Origin: Callorhinchus milii
Lineage: Eukaryota
Assembly: GCF_018977255.1 (NCBI RefSeq)
Contig: NW_024704742.1
Coordinates: forward strand, 77,626,001-77,690,000
DNA: 64,000 nucleotides
Direction: 5' to 3'
Shown here: positions 11,921 to 24,166 of the stretch, piece after piece
How positions within the stretch are numbered: position 1 is the stretch's first letter
Layout: the number at the start of each line of letters is the position of its first letter
The notes under the pieces: model-generated
Seen by the model: only the letters and a program-made list of their open reading frames with translations
What the model was told of the DNA's origin: nothing
Databases searched by the model: none
Made by a program: the position numbers and the translations under genes

Positions 11921-14045
11921 TGTATTTACAGTAGATTCCCTAATGTACAGTATATTTATCATATTGAAAACACTCCGAAACCACCACAAGATTTATTTGA
12001 ACCCCGTATTCCATAGAATATACAAAGATCTTTGGGGTTTTGTGACCCACATGACGGAGACTACATAAATGCAAGTTGTTGTTGTTGAATTTATAGACTA
12101 ATAATAGAGACTAATAAGAAATGAATAATCCAGCATTATGCTTGGAAGTGATTGTATTTCTTATCTGAGAAAAAATCTTTAAAATATCATCTGCTTTCAT
12201 TTTTCATCATTTCAGGCTCAAAGAGAATGAATGAAAGTGGGCGAATTGTTTTTTGACAATCTTGCTTGCTGGACAGCTGTAAATCTTTAGCACATTTTGT
12301 TATGATTGTGTAAGCCAGTTATGGAGAAAAATTTATATGAGTACAGTTTAAACTGTTAAGAGAGGTTAAAACAATTTGGCCTTCAAGATGATAAAATACA
12401 GACAACTTTTTTTTCAACAAATTATTATTACATTGGACTTTGCATTGTGCAGTTACTGCAAGTCCATTGTTACAGTGAAAATTCCCTGAATAGTTTGATA
12501 GTATATTTATAACACACTCGTCCCTGGAATTGTAAAGGTTGTCTTCTTTGTGAGGCCCATCTGCAGCCTCCTTCCAGCAACAGGGCCTGTGTCTGTGTAA
12601 GTTCACATCTCTGTGTCTGTAACAGCCTTGGTATGTTTCTTACATCTATCAAATATGGCAAAGTGTTAGATCAACAGAAGGAAAATTGCAAGTCTGAATG
12701 TCAGCCAAATCAGACTTAGAAACAGTCAAAGTAAAACTTTAAAAATACTGTCTATAAAAGGCTGCAGTATCATGGGAGTATGACGAGCCTTGTTCCAGAT
12801 TAGTGCTGAATGTCTTATTGTTCAGGACAGTTTTCTAATTGGAGGGCATTCTAAAGTGACATTGGTGAGCAAATTGTAATAAGTTCATATTATCCAGAAT
12901 GTGAAGCTCAGTGCACTCTGCAGCCTATAAAAGCAATTGTCCTATCACTTCGTAGAAACCCAATAGGTTTGTACACTACAATTGTCCGGAGCACTATGTA
13001 CTTGTAGAGGAACACGCATATAGTATTGTATGGGGGATTTTTTTTTCTTTTTTAAAAACTGAAATCCTCTGGTGTATGAAACAATATCTCTCATCAGCCA
13101 AAAATCTTTCAGCCAGGAATAACATTCAATAGCATTTCCATATTTATTAATCACGCACTTTAAAAAAATGGTTTTGCGATCCAGCTTCTATTCATGCCTT
13201 TCTGGAGTGAAGAACCAAAGAGAAAAGTAAGTTATACTTCTCTTATGGTAAATCTGAATGGAGGCCAAAGATCGAAGCAGGCACGCCACTTTCTGCTGTA
13301 TTATGTGACTATAAACTATGCAATATTAAAATGCCAAATCCAGTTTCACGTATTTGAAAATCATGGCTGTGATGATTAGTTTTGTGTTGTGTCATTACAG
13401 AGCCCCTTGCAGCACTCAGAAGGATATACAGTTTTGCCCAGTTGGGAGTAAGATTTGTTTTAATAACTATGCTAATCAAGAGTTGCAAACATTAAATTTG
13501 GTTTTTACAGGCCTGGTGCCAGTAAATAAGCTACAAACAGTGCTGTCTAGCTGTCATTTGATAGGAAAAGGTCAGCTCACAAGGAAGCTTTTTGTCTTCT
13601 TTGCAAGAAAATGCTGAAGCAAGCAATGTCAAAATCCAGCTGCAACAACATGAAGGAGAGAAGACAAATGATTGCTTTCACTGTTGGATAGTGGATACGC
13701 GAGTTCTGGTACTGAAACACTGCACAATATTACAGAAACAGCTGTAATAACTGAAATGCAATGGATTTCCCTTCTCGGCCCTCCTTTCTCCCCCCATCTG
13801 CTCCCCCCACCCCCTCCAATTCACCCACCCCCAAAAATAAACCCTAAGCTCCAAACGAAGCAAACAAATGCTCGGCTGGACAGGACAAGAAGGTGTTGCT
13901 TTCTTTATGAATTTGCTCTTTCACCTTTTCGAGGGAGGTGTTACGAGTTAAAAGTGATGAAGTGCACTCGCTCTCTGTGACCCGCTGTGTTGGAGATGAA
14001 CTTGAGACAGGATGCTTTAGCTGCGCGTCTTGCCAAAGACTAGCT

Positions 14046-14197
14046 GTTGCCAGGTGACAGCACATGGATTATATGGAATGCTTGGAGACCGCATCACTCA
14101 TTCAGGCTTCTGGATAGAGCAGAAGGGATGCTTTTTTTTTCTCTTCATTATTCACCAGCCTTGTCACAGGGATTAGACAGACGGGTTGCCAGGCGAC
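14046..14197. promoter_or_regulatory. Pair of RFX X-box-like motifs
   Basis: GTTGCCAGGTGAC (14046-14058) and GTTGCCAGGCGAC (14185-14197); reverse complements GTCACCTGGCAAC and GTCGCCTGGCAAC fit GTNRCC-n-RGYAAC; non-repetitive context with more CpG than the flanks. Confidence 0.55.
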
Positions 14198-15099
14198 GGC
14201 ACCGAGGAGGTCCTCCGCACACCTGCACCAAACAAGAAACCCAACACGAACTTGTCAAGTCCTGGAGGCATTCTGTTGTGGGAAAAATTATGTTCACTGG
14301 GTTTAGCGGGGAATTTTCTTGTTAATCGAATCCCTTTGCATCTATTTAATGAGTACCCGTTCTTTAATACAGCTGTCAGATACAGCCTGTAATTATAATG
14401 AGAGATTGAGCAAACTCATGGAATCAAATTAGAGTAAATTGCACCAACATGGTGCGCAAGCATGAAGTTAATCTGGCTAAATTTTGGAATATTGTGTTTT
14501 CTATTCATGAAGTAGCAACAGAAAGGGTGCAGTCCTGTGTGAAAAATGACATTATACGGCTTCTTAACTGGGAGACAAAGGAAGTCCTGAAGGCAAACAG
14601 TCTGCACTGGAATGTCTTGGCATTGCTCCAAGCTGCTAATGAAGTAGTCAGCACTAGTCACTGCATCACACACGTTATGAAAACAGTGGCGGCTTATGCA
14701 GATTGGCTTTCGCATAAGCGCCATTAACATTTCTTCCATTATATGGGGAAGCAAAGAGAAGCCAGCATGACCAACTGATTTCATTGGGACTGTTCGCAAG
14801 TAAGTATGTGATTGTAAGGTTTCGCCTGGCCATTATGCATTGCCGTCAGATCATGCGCTTGGTTGATGGGCCAAAGCTTGGGGACAGACCAATAGCTAAT
14901 GCATCTTTTAGGAATTAGAAGCAATGATTCCAATGGCAAATATGGTTGATGAAGAGAGTGAAGCTGTATATCTAAATATAAGTAATTAGCATGCAGGGTA
15001 AAGCCACCAATAGGAATGTAGGGGTCTTGGGGACTCCATCAATGGGCGTGTAAAAGACAGTTATGAATGGCAATATAGGGTACAGTCAGCAGTGGGAGT

Positions 15100-15570
15100 G
15101 TAGGGTACATCAACCAGGTGGAGATCAGATTCCCAGACATCATACTCAGTGCTCTGGTCAGGTTGCACCAAGAATACATCCTACAGTTCTGGACACAGGG
15201 AAATAAGGAGGCTACCCAGGCCTTAGAGGTGCTGCAGAGGAGAGCAACAAGGATGATCTCTAGTGTTAGAAGAATGAGCAACAATTAGACAAATTAACTC
15301 TTCAGCCTTGAAATAGGTTGGCTCAGAGCGCATCTTACAGATATATGGAAGATTTTAAATGGGATTGAGAAACAAATTGAACAAGAGGACACACGTTTAT
15401 GGTTTTAATGTGGAATTTCAGGCAGACACCAGGAAATATTTCTTTAGACGGGTAACAACAACAACAACAACTTGCAGTCATACATCGCCCTTCATGCAGG
15501 ATAGCATCCCAGAGCGCTTGATGGATAGGATAGATGGACCAATGTCTACTCCCGCCTGAAACTGTTCCTC
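15100..15570 (+). mobile_element. Old CR1 3' fragment interrupted by a minus-strand L2 tail (~15455-15520)
   Basis: ctctggtcagg..cagttctgg..ttagaggtgctgcagaggagagcaacaaggatgat resembles CR1 LVRPHLEY..VQRRATRM; acaacaacaacttgc insert. Confidence 0.65.
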
Positions 15571-16092
15571 TTTTATTACGTCACTGTGAATTTGATTATG
15601 TTGGAATTAGATAAACACGGCATGCAGCTCTGAATTGTATGTAATTATAGAATTTTAATTAGACTGCCCTAGGAAACCAAAGTCATTTCAGATAATAACC
15701 CGTTAAACCTGGCAATGTATAGAAACAAGACCCCCAAAATAAATTTGACTTAATTTTAATTAGTTGCTACACAATTGAATTATTTCATTTCACTGTAAAC
15801 CAATGGCACCTTTGGCAAAAACATAATATACAATTTTATGGTACAATTGGTGGAACAATATGTTGTGTGCTGTGATAAATAATAATAATCCTTGAATTTG
15901 ATATACTGTATTATCACATTGTCAAGATATCACAAAGCACTTCATGTGATTTGTTGTAAAATCTAGTGCTCTGGCCTACTACCCTGCATGAGGGGCGCTA
16001 TATAAATACAAGTTCTTGTTGTTGTTGTAGTGAGTGTATATTTTGAGAACAAATGCAACAACCAATTTGTACATAGCAATATCCTGTAACTT

Positions 16093-16480
16093 TGTGGAGT
16101 CCTATAGCTTAGTAGTTAGAGCACTCACCTCATAAGCGAGAGGACATGGGTTCGATTCCCAGGCAGGGCAAAACGTTGGGAGAGTTTCCTTACTCCACAC
16201 ACTTGTTTACCTAGCATTTATAGGAACCCAGCTGTTAGTCGATCAGTGGATTGCTTTTCCAAGGGATTTATGATCCTTTCAAAATGTTTCTGTTTTAAAA
16301 AAATTATATTTTAGTCACTCAATCCACGACTGTTTGTGGGACACTGCTGTGCGCTTGGTTGCCACGTCTTGCCCACTAAATATACAGTCAACTCACTTTA
16401 CAGTATATTCTGTGAAGTGCTTTGAGACATCTAGAAGACGTGATAAGACGCTGTATCAAATACAAGAATAATTATTATGA
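16093..16480 (+). mobile_element. tRNA-derived DeuSINE-type SINE, long variant, full length
   Basis: gtggagtcctatagcttagtagttagagcact..ggttcgattccc head, Deu-like core, aattattat tail. Confidence 0.85.
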
Positions 16481-17521
16481 GCTATGAAGTGAATGGCCAT
16501 GGGATCGTTAAGGACCAGCTGAACAGGCAGATGTTACTTTGGTTTTAACATCTCATTCGAAGGACAGCACCTCTGACAGTGCAACACTGCACTGGAGCAT
16601 TAGCCTGGACATTGGCTCAAAGTTCCAACATTGGGATTGAACCCACAGCCTGCTGCCTCAGAGACTCAGAAGCAAGAGTAAACCCACTGAGCCAAGATAA
16701 CAATTATCACCGATAATTGACAGATGATGGCCAAAAAGTTACTATAAAAGTGAAAAGTTTTAATTAATAAACAGTAATACAGACACTATACGAGGGGTAA
16801 AAAAACAATTCTGTTCCATTAAAATTTAAGATGACAAGAGCTGGAAAGAGAAACTATTCTCCAGATGTGGGATGGTGGGGGAGGGGTAGGGGCATAGTAA
16901 CTCAGTCCCAAACCTCTTGTTAAGAACAGAAAGCATTTTAATTAGTTGCTACACAACTGAATTATTTTATTACACTGTAAATCAATGATGCCTTTGGCAA
17001 TAGATATAATATACAAAACATTCAGAATTTCTGTCCTTCTGATAATTGGTACTGGTGCTAATTATCACTTCACGTTGCATTTCTTCAATAAATTCATCGC
17101 TGACAGTTATATATTTTAGTACCTTGATGCTATCCATGCTTCTTCCTACCAGGAAGACCAAATTAAAGCATAAAGGCATTAAGAACTCAACCTCTCTCCC
17201 ACCCTTCACCTGCACACATACATGCTTACAAACACATACACTTCTCTCCAATAAGCTTAGAAGAGAGAATAGCAGAACTTTTTCAGGGTTATTTATAGGG
17301 AGACGAGTTCTCATGGTGATAAGTTATGCTAATGTCATTAAATATTATTCAACAATATAGTTAAAACATAATGTAAATCAGCATTTCAAAAATCAGTCAC
17401 ATATAAGCGTAAATATACTAATAATAATCCTTACATTTGATATAGTGCCTTTCATGTCAGTCGGGCGTCTCAAAGCGCTTTACAGGGTATATTGTAATGG
17501 ATAGCAACTGTGAATTTGTAG

Positions 17522-17862
17522 CTCAATGAAACAAGAGACCTGAGTTTGATTCCCGGCAGGGCGAAATATTGGGCAAGTTTCCATGCCTCTGTTTACCTCG
17601 CAGCAAGTGGGAACCTGGTTGTTAGTTGATTGATGGATCACTTTTCTTGGGGTAATAATTCCTTCAAAAAATATATATAATAATAAATTGGTCACTCAAT
17701 CCACTACTGTTTGAGGGACACTGCTGTGTGCAATTAACTTCTACGTTTTGCCCACAAAATATACAGTCAATTCACTTTACAATATACTCTGTGTAGCGCT
17801 TTGAGATGTCTCAAAAGACGTGATAAGGTGCTATATCAAATGTAATGATTATTATTATCATT
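17522..17862 (+). mobile_element. DeuSINE-type SINE, long variant, nested
   Basis: gagacctgagtttgattccc head remnant to (TTA)n tail; flanked by atttgtag at 17514-17521 and 17863-17870. Confidence 0.8.
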
Positions 17863-17888
17863 ATTTGTAGGCAATCATGGCAGCCAAC

Positions 17889-19980
17889 TAAAAGAGCATT
17901 GGGAAGTCTTCAAGGATGAGATAGCTCGGGGACAGAATAAATACATTCCCACAAAAGGGAAAAGTAGGGCATCCAAACCTCCGTGGATGACGAAGGTAAT
18001 TGTATCTAGAATGAAGCAGAAAAAGGAAGCGTATGACAAATGTCAAACCCAAGATACAGAAGACAACCAAATAGAATATAGGAAGTGCAGAAGAGATTTG
18101 AAAAAGGAAATAAGAGGGGCAAAAAGATTATACGTAAAAAGGTTAGCGGGTAACATTAAAGGGAATTCTAAAATATTTTACGAACATATCAAGAAAAAAA
18201 GGTTAGTCAAAGGTAGGCTGGGGCCAATTAAGGACCAAGGCAGAAATCTTATTGTGGAGGCAGAGGGCATGGCTGATGTAGTGAATGAGTACTTTGCATC
18301 TGTCTTCACAAAAGAAGTGGATGCACCAAATGCCGCAGTATCGGAGGAGAGGGTAGAGGAAATGGATAGGATAAATATAAACAGAGAGGAAGTACTGAAA
18401 AGGTTGGCTGGGCTGAAGGTAGATAAGTCGCCCGGTACGGACAGGATGCAACCAAGGTTACTATGGGAGGCACGGGTACAAATAGCGGAGGCTTTGGCTA
18501 CAATTTTTCAATCTTTGTTGGACACAGGGGTGGTGCCAGAGGACTGGAGAGTGGCCAATGTGACTCCCCTGTACAAAAAGGGACAGAAGGACAAACCTGG
18601 GAACTACAGGCCAGTCAGCCTAACATCAGTAGTGGGGAAACTCCTGGAGACTATAATCCGGGACAGAATAAATCTTCACTTAGAAGAATATGGATTAATT
18701 AGGGACAGACAGCACGGATTTGTTAAAGGCAAATCTTGTCTAACAAATCTAATAGAATTTTTTGAGAGGGTGGATAAAGGTAGTGCAGTTGATGTCGTTT
18801 ATATGGACTTTCAAAAGGCATTTGACAAAGTACCACATGAAAGACTTGTAAGAAAGATAGAAGCCCATGGTATAAAAGGAACAGTGGCAGCATGGATCCA
18901 GAACTGGCTGGGAGACAGAAAGCAGAGAGTTGTGGTGAACGGCTGCTTTTCTGACTGGAGGGAAGTGTACAGTGGCGTTCCCCAGGGATCGGTATTAGGA
19001 CCACTGCTCTTCTTAATATACATAAATGATCTGGACTTGGGTATAGCAAGCACCATTTCCAAGTTTGCGGATGACACAAAGTTAGGTAGGGTAGTAAACA
19101 ATGAGAAGGATAGGAGCCAACTGCAGGAAGACATAGACAGAATGGTAAAATGGGCAGACATATGGCAGATGAATTTCAATGTGGAGAAATGCGAGATAAT
19201 GCATTTTGGTAGAAAGAATGAGGGGAGGCAATATAGGTTGGTAATACAATCTTAAGGGGGATGAAAGAACAGAGAGACCTGGGGATTCAGGCAAATGAAT
19301 CCTTGAAGGTGGCATCACAAGTAGATAAAGCTGTAAAAAGGGCATATGGTATATACTAGGGTTTATAAATAGGAGAATAGAATATAAGAGTCAGGAGGTT
19401 ATGATTAACCTATATAAAACACTGGTTAGGTTTCAGTTAGAATTTTGCGCCCAGTTCTGGGCACCGCACTATAGGAAGGATGTTAAGGCATTGGAAAGGG
19501 TGCAGAGGAGATTTACAAGAATAGTACCAGAAATGAGGGACCTTGATTATGAGGAAAGGCTAGAGAGGTGGGGATTATTCTCATTGGAGCAGAGAAGGTT
19601 ACGAGGAGACCTAATAGAGGTCTTCAAAATCATGAGGGGATTTGATAGGTTAGAAAGGGAAAAACTTTCCACTGGTGGGTGTGTCGGTGACTCAAGGTCA
19701 CAGATTCAATAATATCTAAAAGAAGCAGAGGGGAGGTGAGAAGAAATTTTTTTCACGCAGCGAGTTGTTCGAATCTGGAATGCATTGCCTGAAAGGGTGG
19801 TCAAGGCCAATTCGATAACTACTTTTAAAAACGCGGTGGATGGGTATTTGAGGAGGACGGGTTTGCAGAGTTATGGGGAAAGGGCTGGGGAGTGGGATTG
19901 ACATTACATTGCTCTTTTCAAAGAGCCGGCACAGACTCGAATGGCGTCTTTTTGTGCTGTACAATTCTATGATTCTATGA
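17889..19980 (+). mobile_element. CR1-clade LINE, 5'-truncated, ~2.1 kb
   Basis: RT motifs [63 protein letters not shown]; ends attctatgattctatga. Confidence 0.97.
17891..19712 (+). pseudogene. CR1 ORF2 reverse transcriptase remnant (no endonuclease, frameshifted)
   Basis: Frame open 17891-19255 (includes the 422-aa ORF); resumes in another frame at 19401 (LYKTLVRFQLEFCAQFWAPHYRKD..LEQRRLRGDLIEVFKI). Confidence 0.93.
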
Positions 19981-20333
19981 ATTTGCTGACTAGGATATCC
20001 CACAAAAATCATGAAGTGAATGACCAATTTTATTTGGGGGATTGTTGGCTAGGACACGGAGAAATTCTCTTTCCATTTTGAATAGTGCCATGGGATCTTT
20101 AACCTCCACCTGAATAGGCAGACAGGACCTCGGTTTAACATTTCACCCAAAGGATCGCACCAACACTGCATTGGAGTGTCAGCCCAGACTGAGTTCAAAA
20201 TCCCAACATGGAGGTTTGAATCCACAACCTTCTGACTCAGAGGCAAGAGTGCTATCAACTCAGCCAAGCTGACACACAGCCTGATCCTGTCACTGTTCAA
20301 ACACGCATCCAGGCAGAGCTGAATGCCATATAT

Positions 20334-20910
20334 AACAACAACAATAACTTGGATTTATATAGCGCCCTCCACGCCAGACGGCGTCTCAGAGCTCTTCACA
20401 ATAACGGATCCCCTGGCCGAGCCAGGGGGAGGGGAAGGAAGGTGACCAAAGGCGCGGTCAAAAAGAAAGATCTTTATCCGAGACTTGAATGCAGGAAAGG
20501 AGGGGGCGATGTGAAAGGATTGAGGAAGGGAGTTTCAGAGCCTCGGGGCGTAGTGGCTGAAGGCACGGCCACCAATGGTGGAGCGGAGGACTCGGGGGAC
20601 AAGGAGGAGGCCAGACCCGGTGGAGCGAAAGCAACCGGCACTGTTTTGAGGAGAGAGGAGGTCAGAGAGGTACGGGGGTGCAGAGGAGTGCAGGGACTTG
20701 AAAACACAAGTGGGGATCTTCAAATTGATCCTCTCTGGGACAGGCAGCCAGTGCAGTCTGGCAAGGACTGGGGTAATCCAGGAGCGGAGTTTGGTGCGGG
20801 TAAGAATGCGGGCGGCAGAGTTCTGGATGATCCGGATTTTATGAATGGTAGTGGAGGGGAGACCGGCGAGGAGGGCATTTGAATAGTCCAGCTGAGAGGT
20901 GACAAAGGAG
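20334..20910 (-). mobile_element. L2 LINE 3' fragment (second subfamily)
   Basis: FVTSQLDYSNALLAGLP..IQNSAARILT..ITPVLARLHWLPV..APPYLSDLL; acaacaacaa tail. Confidence 0.92.
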
Positions 20911-22809
20911 TAAAACATACGTTCACTATATATATTCATAATTCATATTCATATATTCATAAAACATATGTTCACTCTAACATAGGACTATCCTACAATA
21001 CTTTGGTGAGTGTAATGCAAGATGGCTCTGTGCCATGGACCGCCACTATCCAGAGTGTTGTGGCACATGTGTAGCATTTTTATCCTCCAGGTCCTTATTG
21101 TCTCACTGAATGAAGGAAACATGTACTTGCATTTATGATAGCAGTTGGGTTGAGTGCAGTTTCCACTAATGTCATGTTTATTACTGCCCATTGATATCAA
21201 ATGCAAGTATTAGTAATTAAGGTAATTCTCTCCCTTCTTTCTATTATATAAAAAACTGTTGGTCCTTCTAAGTATCACACATTGCTACCAAAATCAAAGA
21301 TTACTTGTAACTGTATATGTTTGTGAATCCCTTGGTTGTATAAATCACACAAGTTCAATACGTAATAGATAATATATGGCAGACTTGTGATGAAACATTA
21401 ACTGTCTGTTTGGAAGCTATTACAGGTCTATTTCAAATCTGCTTTGTGACACCCACAATGGGGTCTAAAATATGACATTTGCAAACTCCACATAATTTGT
21501 TGATTGACATTTTACCGCACACATTGGGTGTTTCTCACCCATTCTTTGTGCTGATTAAAAATAAGGATTAGGTTACAAAATTATTATGGATTTTACTCCA
21601 TTGTGTTTGTGTGCAGACCAGTATCCATTTGCATGTTTCCCAGCAGCAAGTAACTAAATATCAGCAAAACTTATGCCATTTAAAATAGTTGCAATTTTCT
21701 ACTTACAACTGATTTTGTAGTTGAAAGAGCAGTTAACTGGTGCAGGAATCAAACAATTGCAGGAGATCTATGATTTTTCACTGTCACTGAATAGGATGAA
21801 AGTATTCAATCAGGGCCTGAGTGAGCATAAAGTCTACAGAGTGCTGCATTTTATCACAGTGTTCAGAGAATGTTGTATCATGTGCTCCACTTGTAGCTTG
21901 CATTACGTTACCCAAGGAGGAGAGGGGTGACAGGAAGGTCAGGAACCACATGGAAAGGACTCTCCTCAAGAGACCACCTCAACAGCAGCAAGTCTTCAGG
22001 ACCAGAATGTCTTGTGTAAACCTCAGTGATGCTGGTGCATCCCTCACTCTGGTTGTGATCTGATTTACTAATGATATGAATATTAAAGTCAGATTCCAAA
22101 GTCACTATACCAACAGCAAATGACTACTGACAAAATGTGGAGCGAATGGCAATATAAAATGTAAGCCCTCAAGATTGAAAGAATGTTTTCTGAATATTCC
22201 ACATATCTCAGGAAATGTTTATTTTTGTATGTTTCTTTAAAGAAACAGCAAAATACATAACTATTATTTTGATCCATCAAGCCTTTACTTCAATGCCCTT
22301 GAGTATATATTTGTTTCTTGTTTTAGGTGATGCACAACATGAGAATATCAAACCACACAATGATTTCACTTTGCAACAACAACAACAAATTTTATTTGTA
22401 AACCGTCTTTTATGTTGGGAGGATATCCCAAGGCACTTTACAGTATAGAAGCACTTTGTGAAGCACTTTGAGATGCATTTTGAGATGCTCTCCCAACCAA
22501 ATGTAAGGATTATTATTAGAAAAAATTGAAGCATTTTAAATGAATATGATAAAAAAAGGAAAGTCATATATATATATATATATTTAAATGGTATTTATTC
22601 CTCTACGCTTTCTGTAAGGTTTTCCTCATGTACTGTTTTACGCGCAGGTTCAGGTTCTGTCAAAGCTCTTCAATCAGGTACAGAGAACCTTTTTTTTATC
22701 TTGGGCACTGTAGTGAGGTGACTAATTTCTGCTCATTGCCTCTCTCTGTCAACTAAGTTTTGAAAAAGAACTTACTATGTAGAGAACCATAAGAAAGAGT
22801 AAATCTAGA

Positions 22810-23090
22810 TCAATGGTTTAGGATGCACCAAGACAATAGGACAAAAGGACATAGATGTAGAGTTGCAAATGACAATTTCAGGACAGACCCCAGGATTTTT
22901 TTCTTTACTCAGAGAGTAATTAATGACTGGAACAGGTTGCCAGGAAAGGTGGTTGAGGCCAGGACACTGGACTCATTTAAAAAACAGCTTGATGCTGTGA
23001 TGGGGGTCGATGGGTTGGGTATTCTGGAAAGATGAGATCTAATGGACCAAAAGGTCTTCTTCATCTGAACCAATCTTGTGATTTTGTGAA
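22810..23090 (+). mobile_element. CR1 LINE 3' fragment
   Basis: RTKGH..FFFTQRVINDWNRLP..FKKQLD. Related degenerate copy at ~9340-9500. Confidence 0.85.
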
Positions 23091-23649
23091 TATAAATTTG
23101 GCTCACTAGCTAACAATAGGCAAATGTCTTTCTACAAACTGTGATGAAAATTGTGACATGTGAATCACACCATAGAAAATTCGACCCAGTAAATGTTTGG
23201 TTGAATATATGTCCCCCTTTTTTCCAGTTCCCATCCCTTCTACCAACAATCGCTGTGCCCAGAACTACCTATAGTTATGGAATTACTATGCTGTAGTTAA
23301 ATGCCAGATTACTGACTTAGCTTTTTTTTGTTGAGTTAAGACAGTAACCGTTGAAATTTAAACCAGCTCACAGGTTTGAGGCAAGGCATTCATTTATCAT
23401 CCTCTTCCAAGTGCAGATTGACCTGTTGTGGATTTCCATAATTTTCTGTTTTTGTTTGAGATATGTTATCATCTTAAATACTTGAGTCAGTTGTGATTCT
23501 CTTCTTATGCAGTCCAAACTTTCCTCATGAATCCCATTTACATCTTTATCATCTTGATCAAAGTCAAATACTTTCCAAACACAGCTAATTTCAATGAGTG
23601 TTAATCAACTCTGACCTTTGTCTGTTATTTTATAACCACATTCACATTT

Positions 23650-23965
23650 GTAGGAATCCTGCAGCTAAGTGGTTAGAGCACTCGGGTCGCAAGCGAGAGA
23701 CCTGGGTTCAATTCCTGGCAAGGTGAAACCTTGAGCAAGTTTCCTTACTCCATACACCTAATAATAAACCCTCAAGAAAAAAAACAATAATACAATTGAT
23801 CACTTCAATCCATGACTGTTTGTTGGACACTGTTGTGCGGAATTAGCTGCCGCGTTTCGCCCACAAATATACAGTCAATTCACTTTACAGTATATTCTGT
23901 GAAGCGCTTTAGGCATCTAGAAGAAGTGAAAAGCGCTATATCAAATGCAAGGATTATTATTATTG
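23650..23965 (+). mobile_element. DeuSINE-type SINE, short variant, full length
   Basis: tRNA-like head gtggttagagcactc..ctgggttcaattcc, core, gattattattatt tail. Confidence 0.88.
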
Positions 23966-24166
23966 TATTTATCATTTCTGCACTGAGCTCACAGAAATAT
24001 CAACACAGAAAACCTCTGTTTTCCATCTGTTTTAAAGTCATAGTTACAATAAAGCAACCGGAACAAAAATAAAAGGTCCATTCATACAATTCTGTCTTTC
24101 CGTGGGAGAAAATGTGAAAAAGGACCCTTGGTGGCTAAGCTTCAAATCAGTGAACGTATCTCCTTA

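Larger units (their letters stand above)
17420..20278 (-). mobile_element. SacSINE1-like SINE split by two later insertions
   Basis: Tail at 17420-17520, core piece at 17863-17887, remainder with tRNA-like head at 19981-20278; the pieces join colinearly (gcagcca|atttgc). Confidence 0.75.

Noticed and set aside
14736..14746. CArG box ccattatatgg
   Set aside because: Seven A/T bases rather than the CC(A/T)6GG consensus.
14416..14799. ORFs of 92 aa (+) and 127 aa (-) as protein genes
   Set aside because: No recognisable domain; the + ORF stops before the 14800 donor; lengths are within chance expectation.
20349..20882. 177-aa + strand ORF
   Set aside because: Antisense shadow of a GC-rich L2 fragment; the same applies to most ORFs overlapping LINEs and SINEs.
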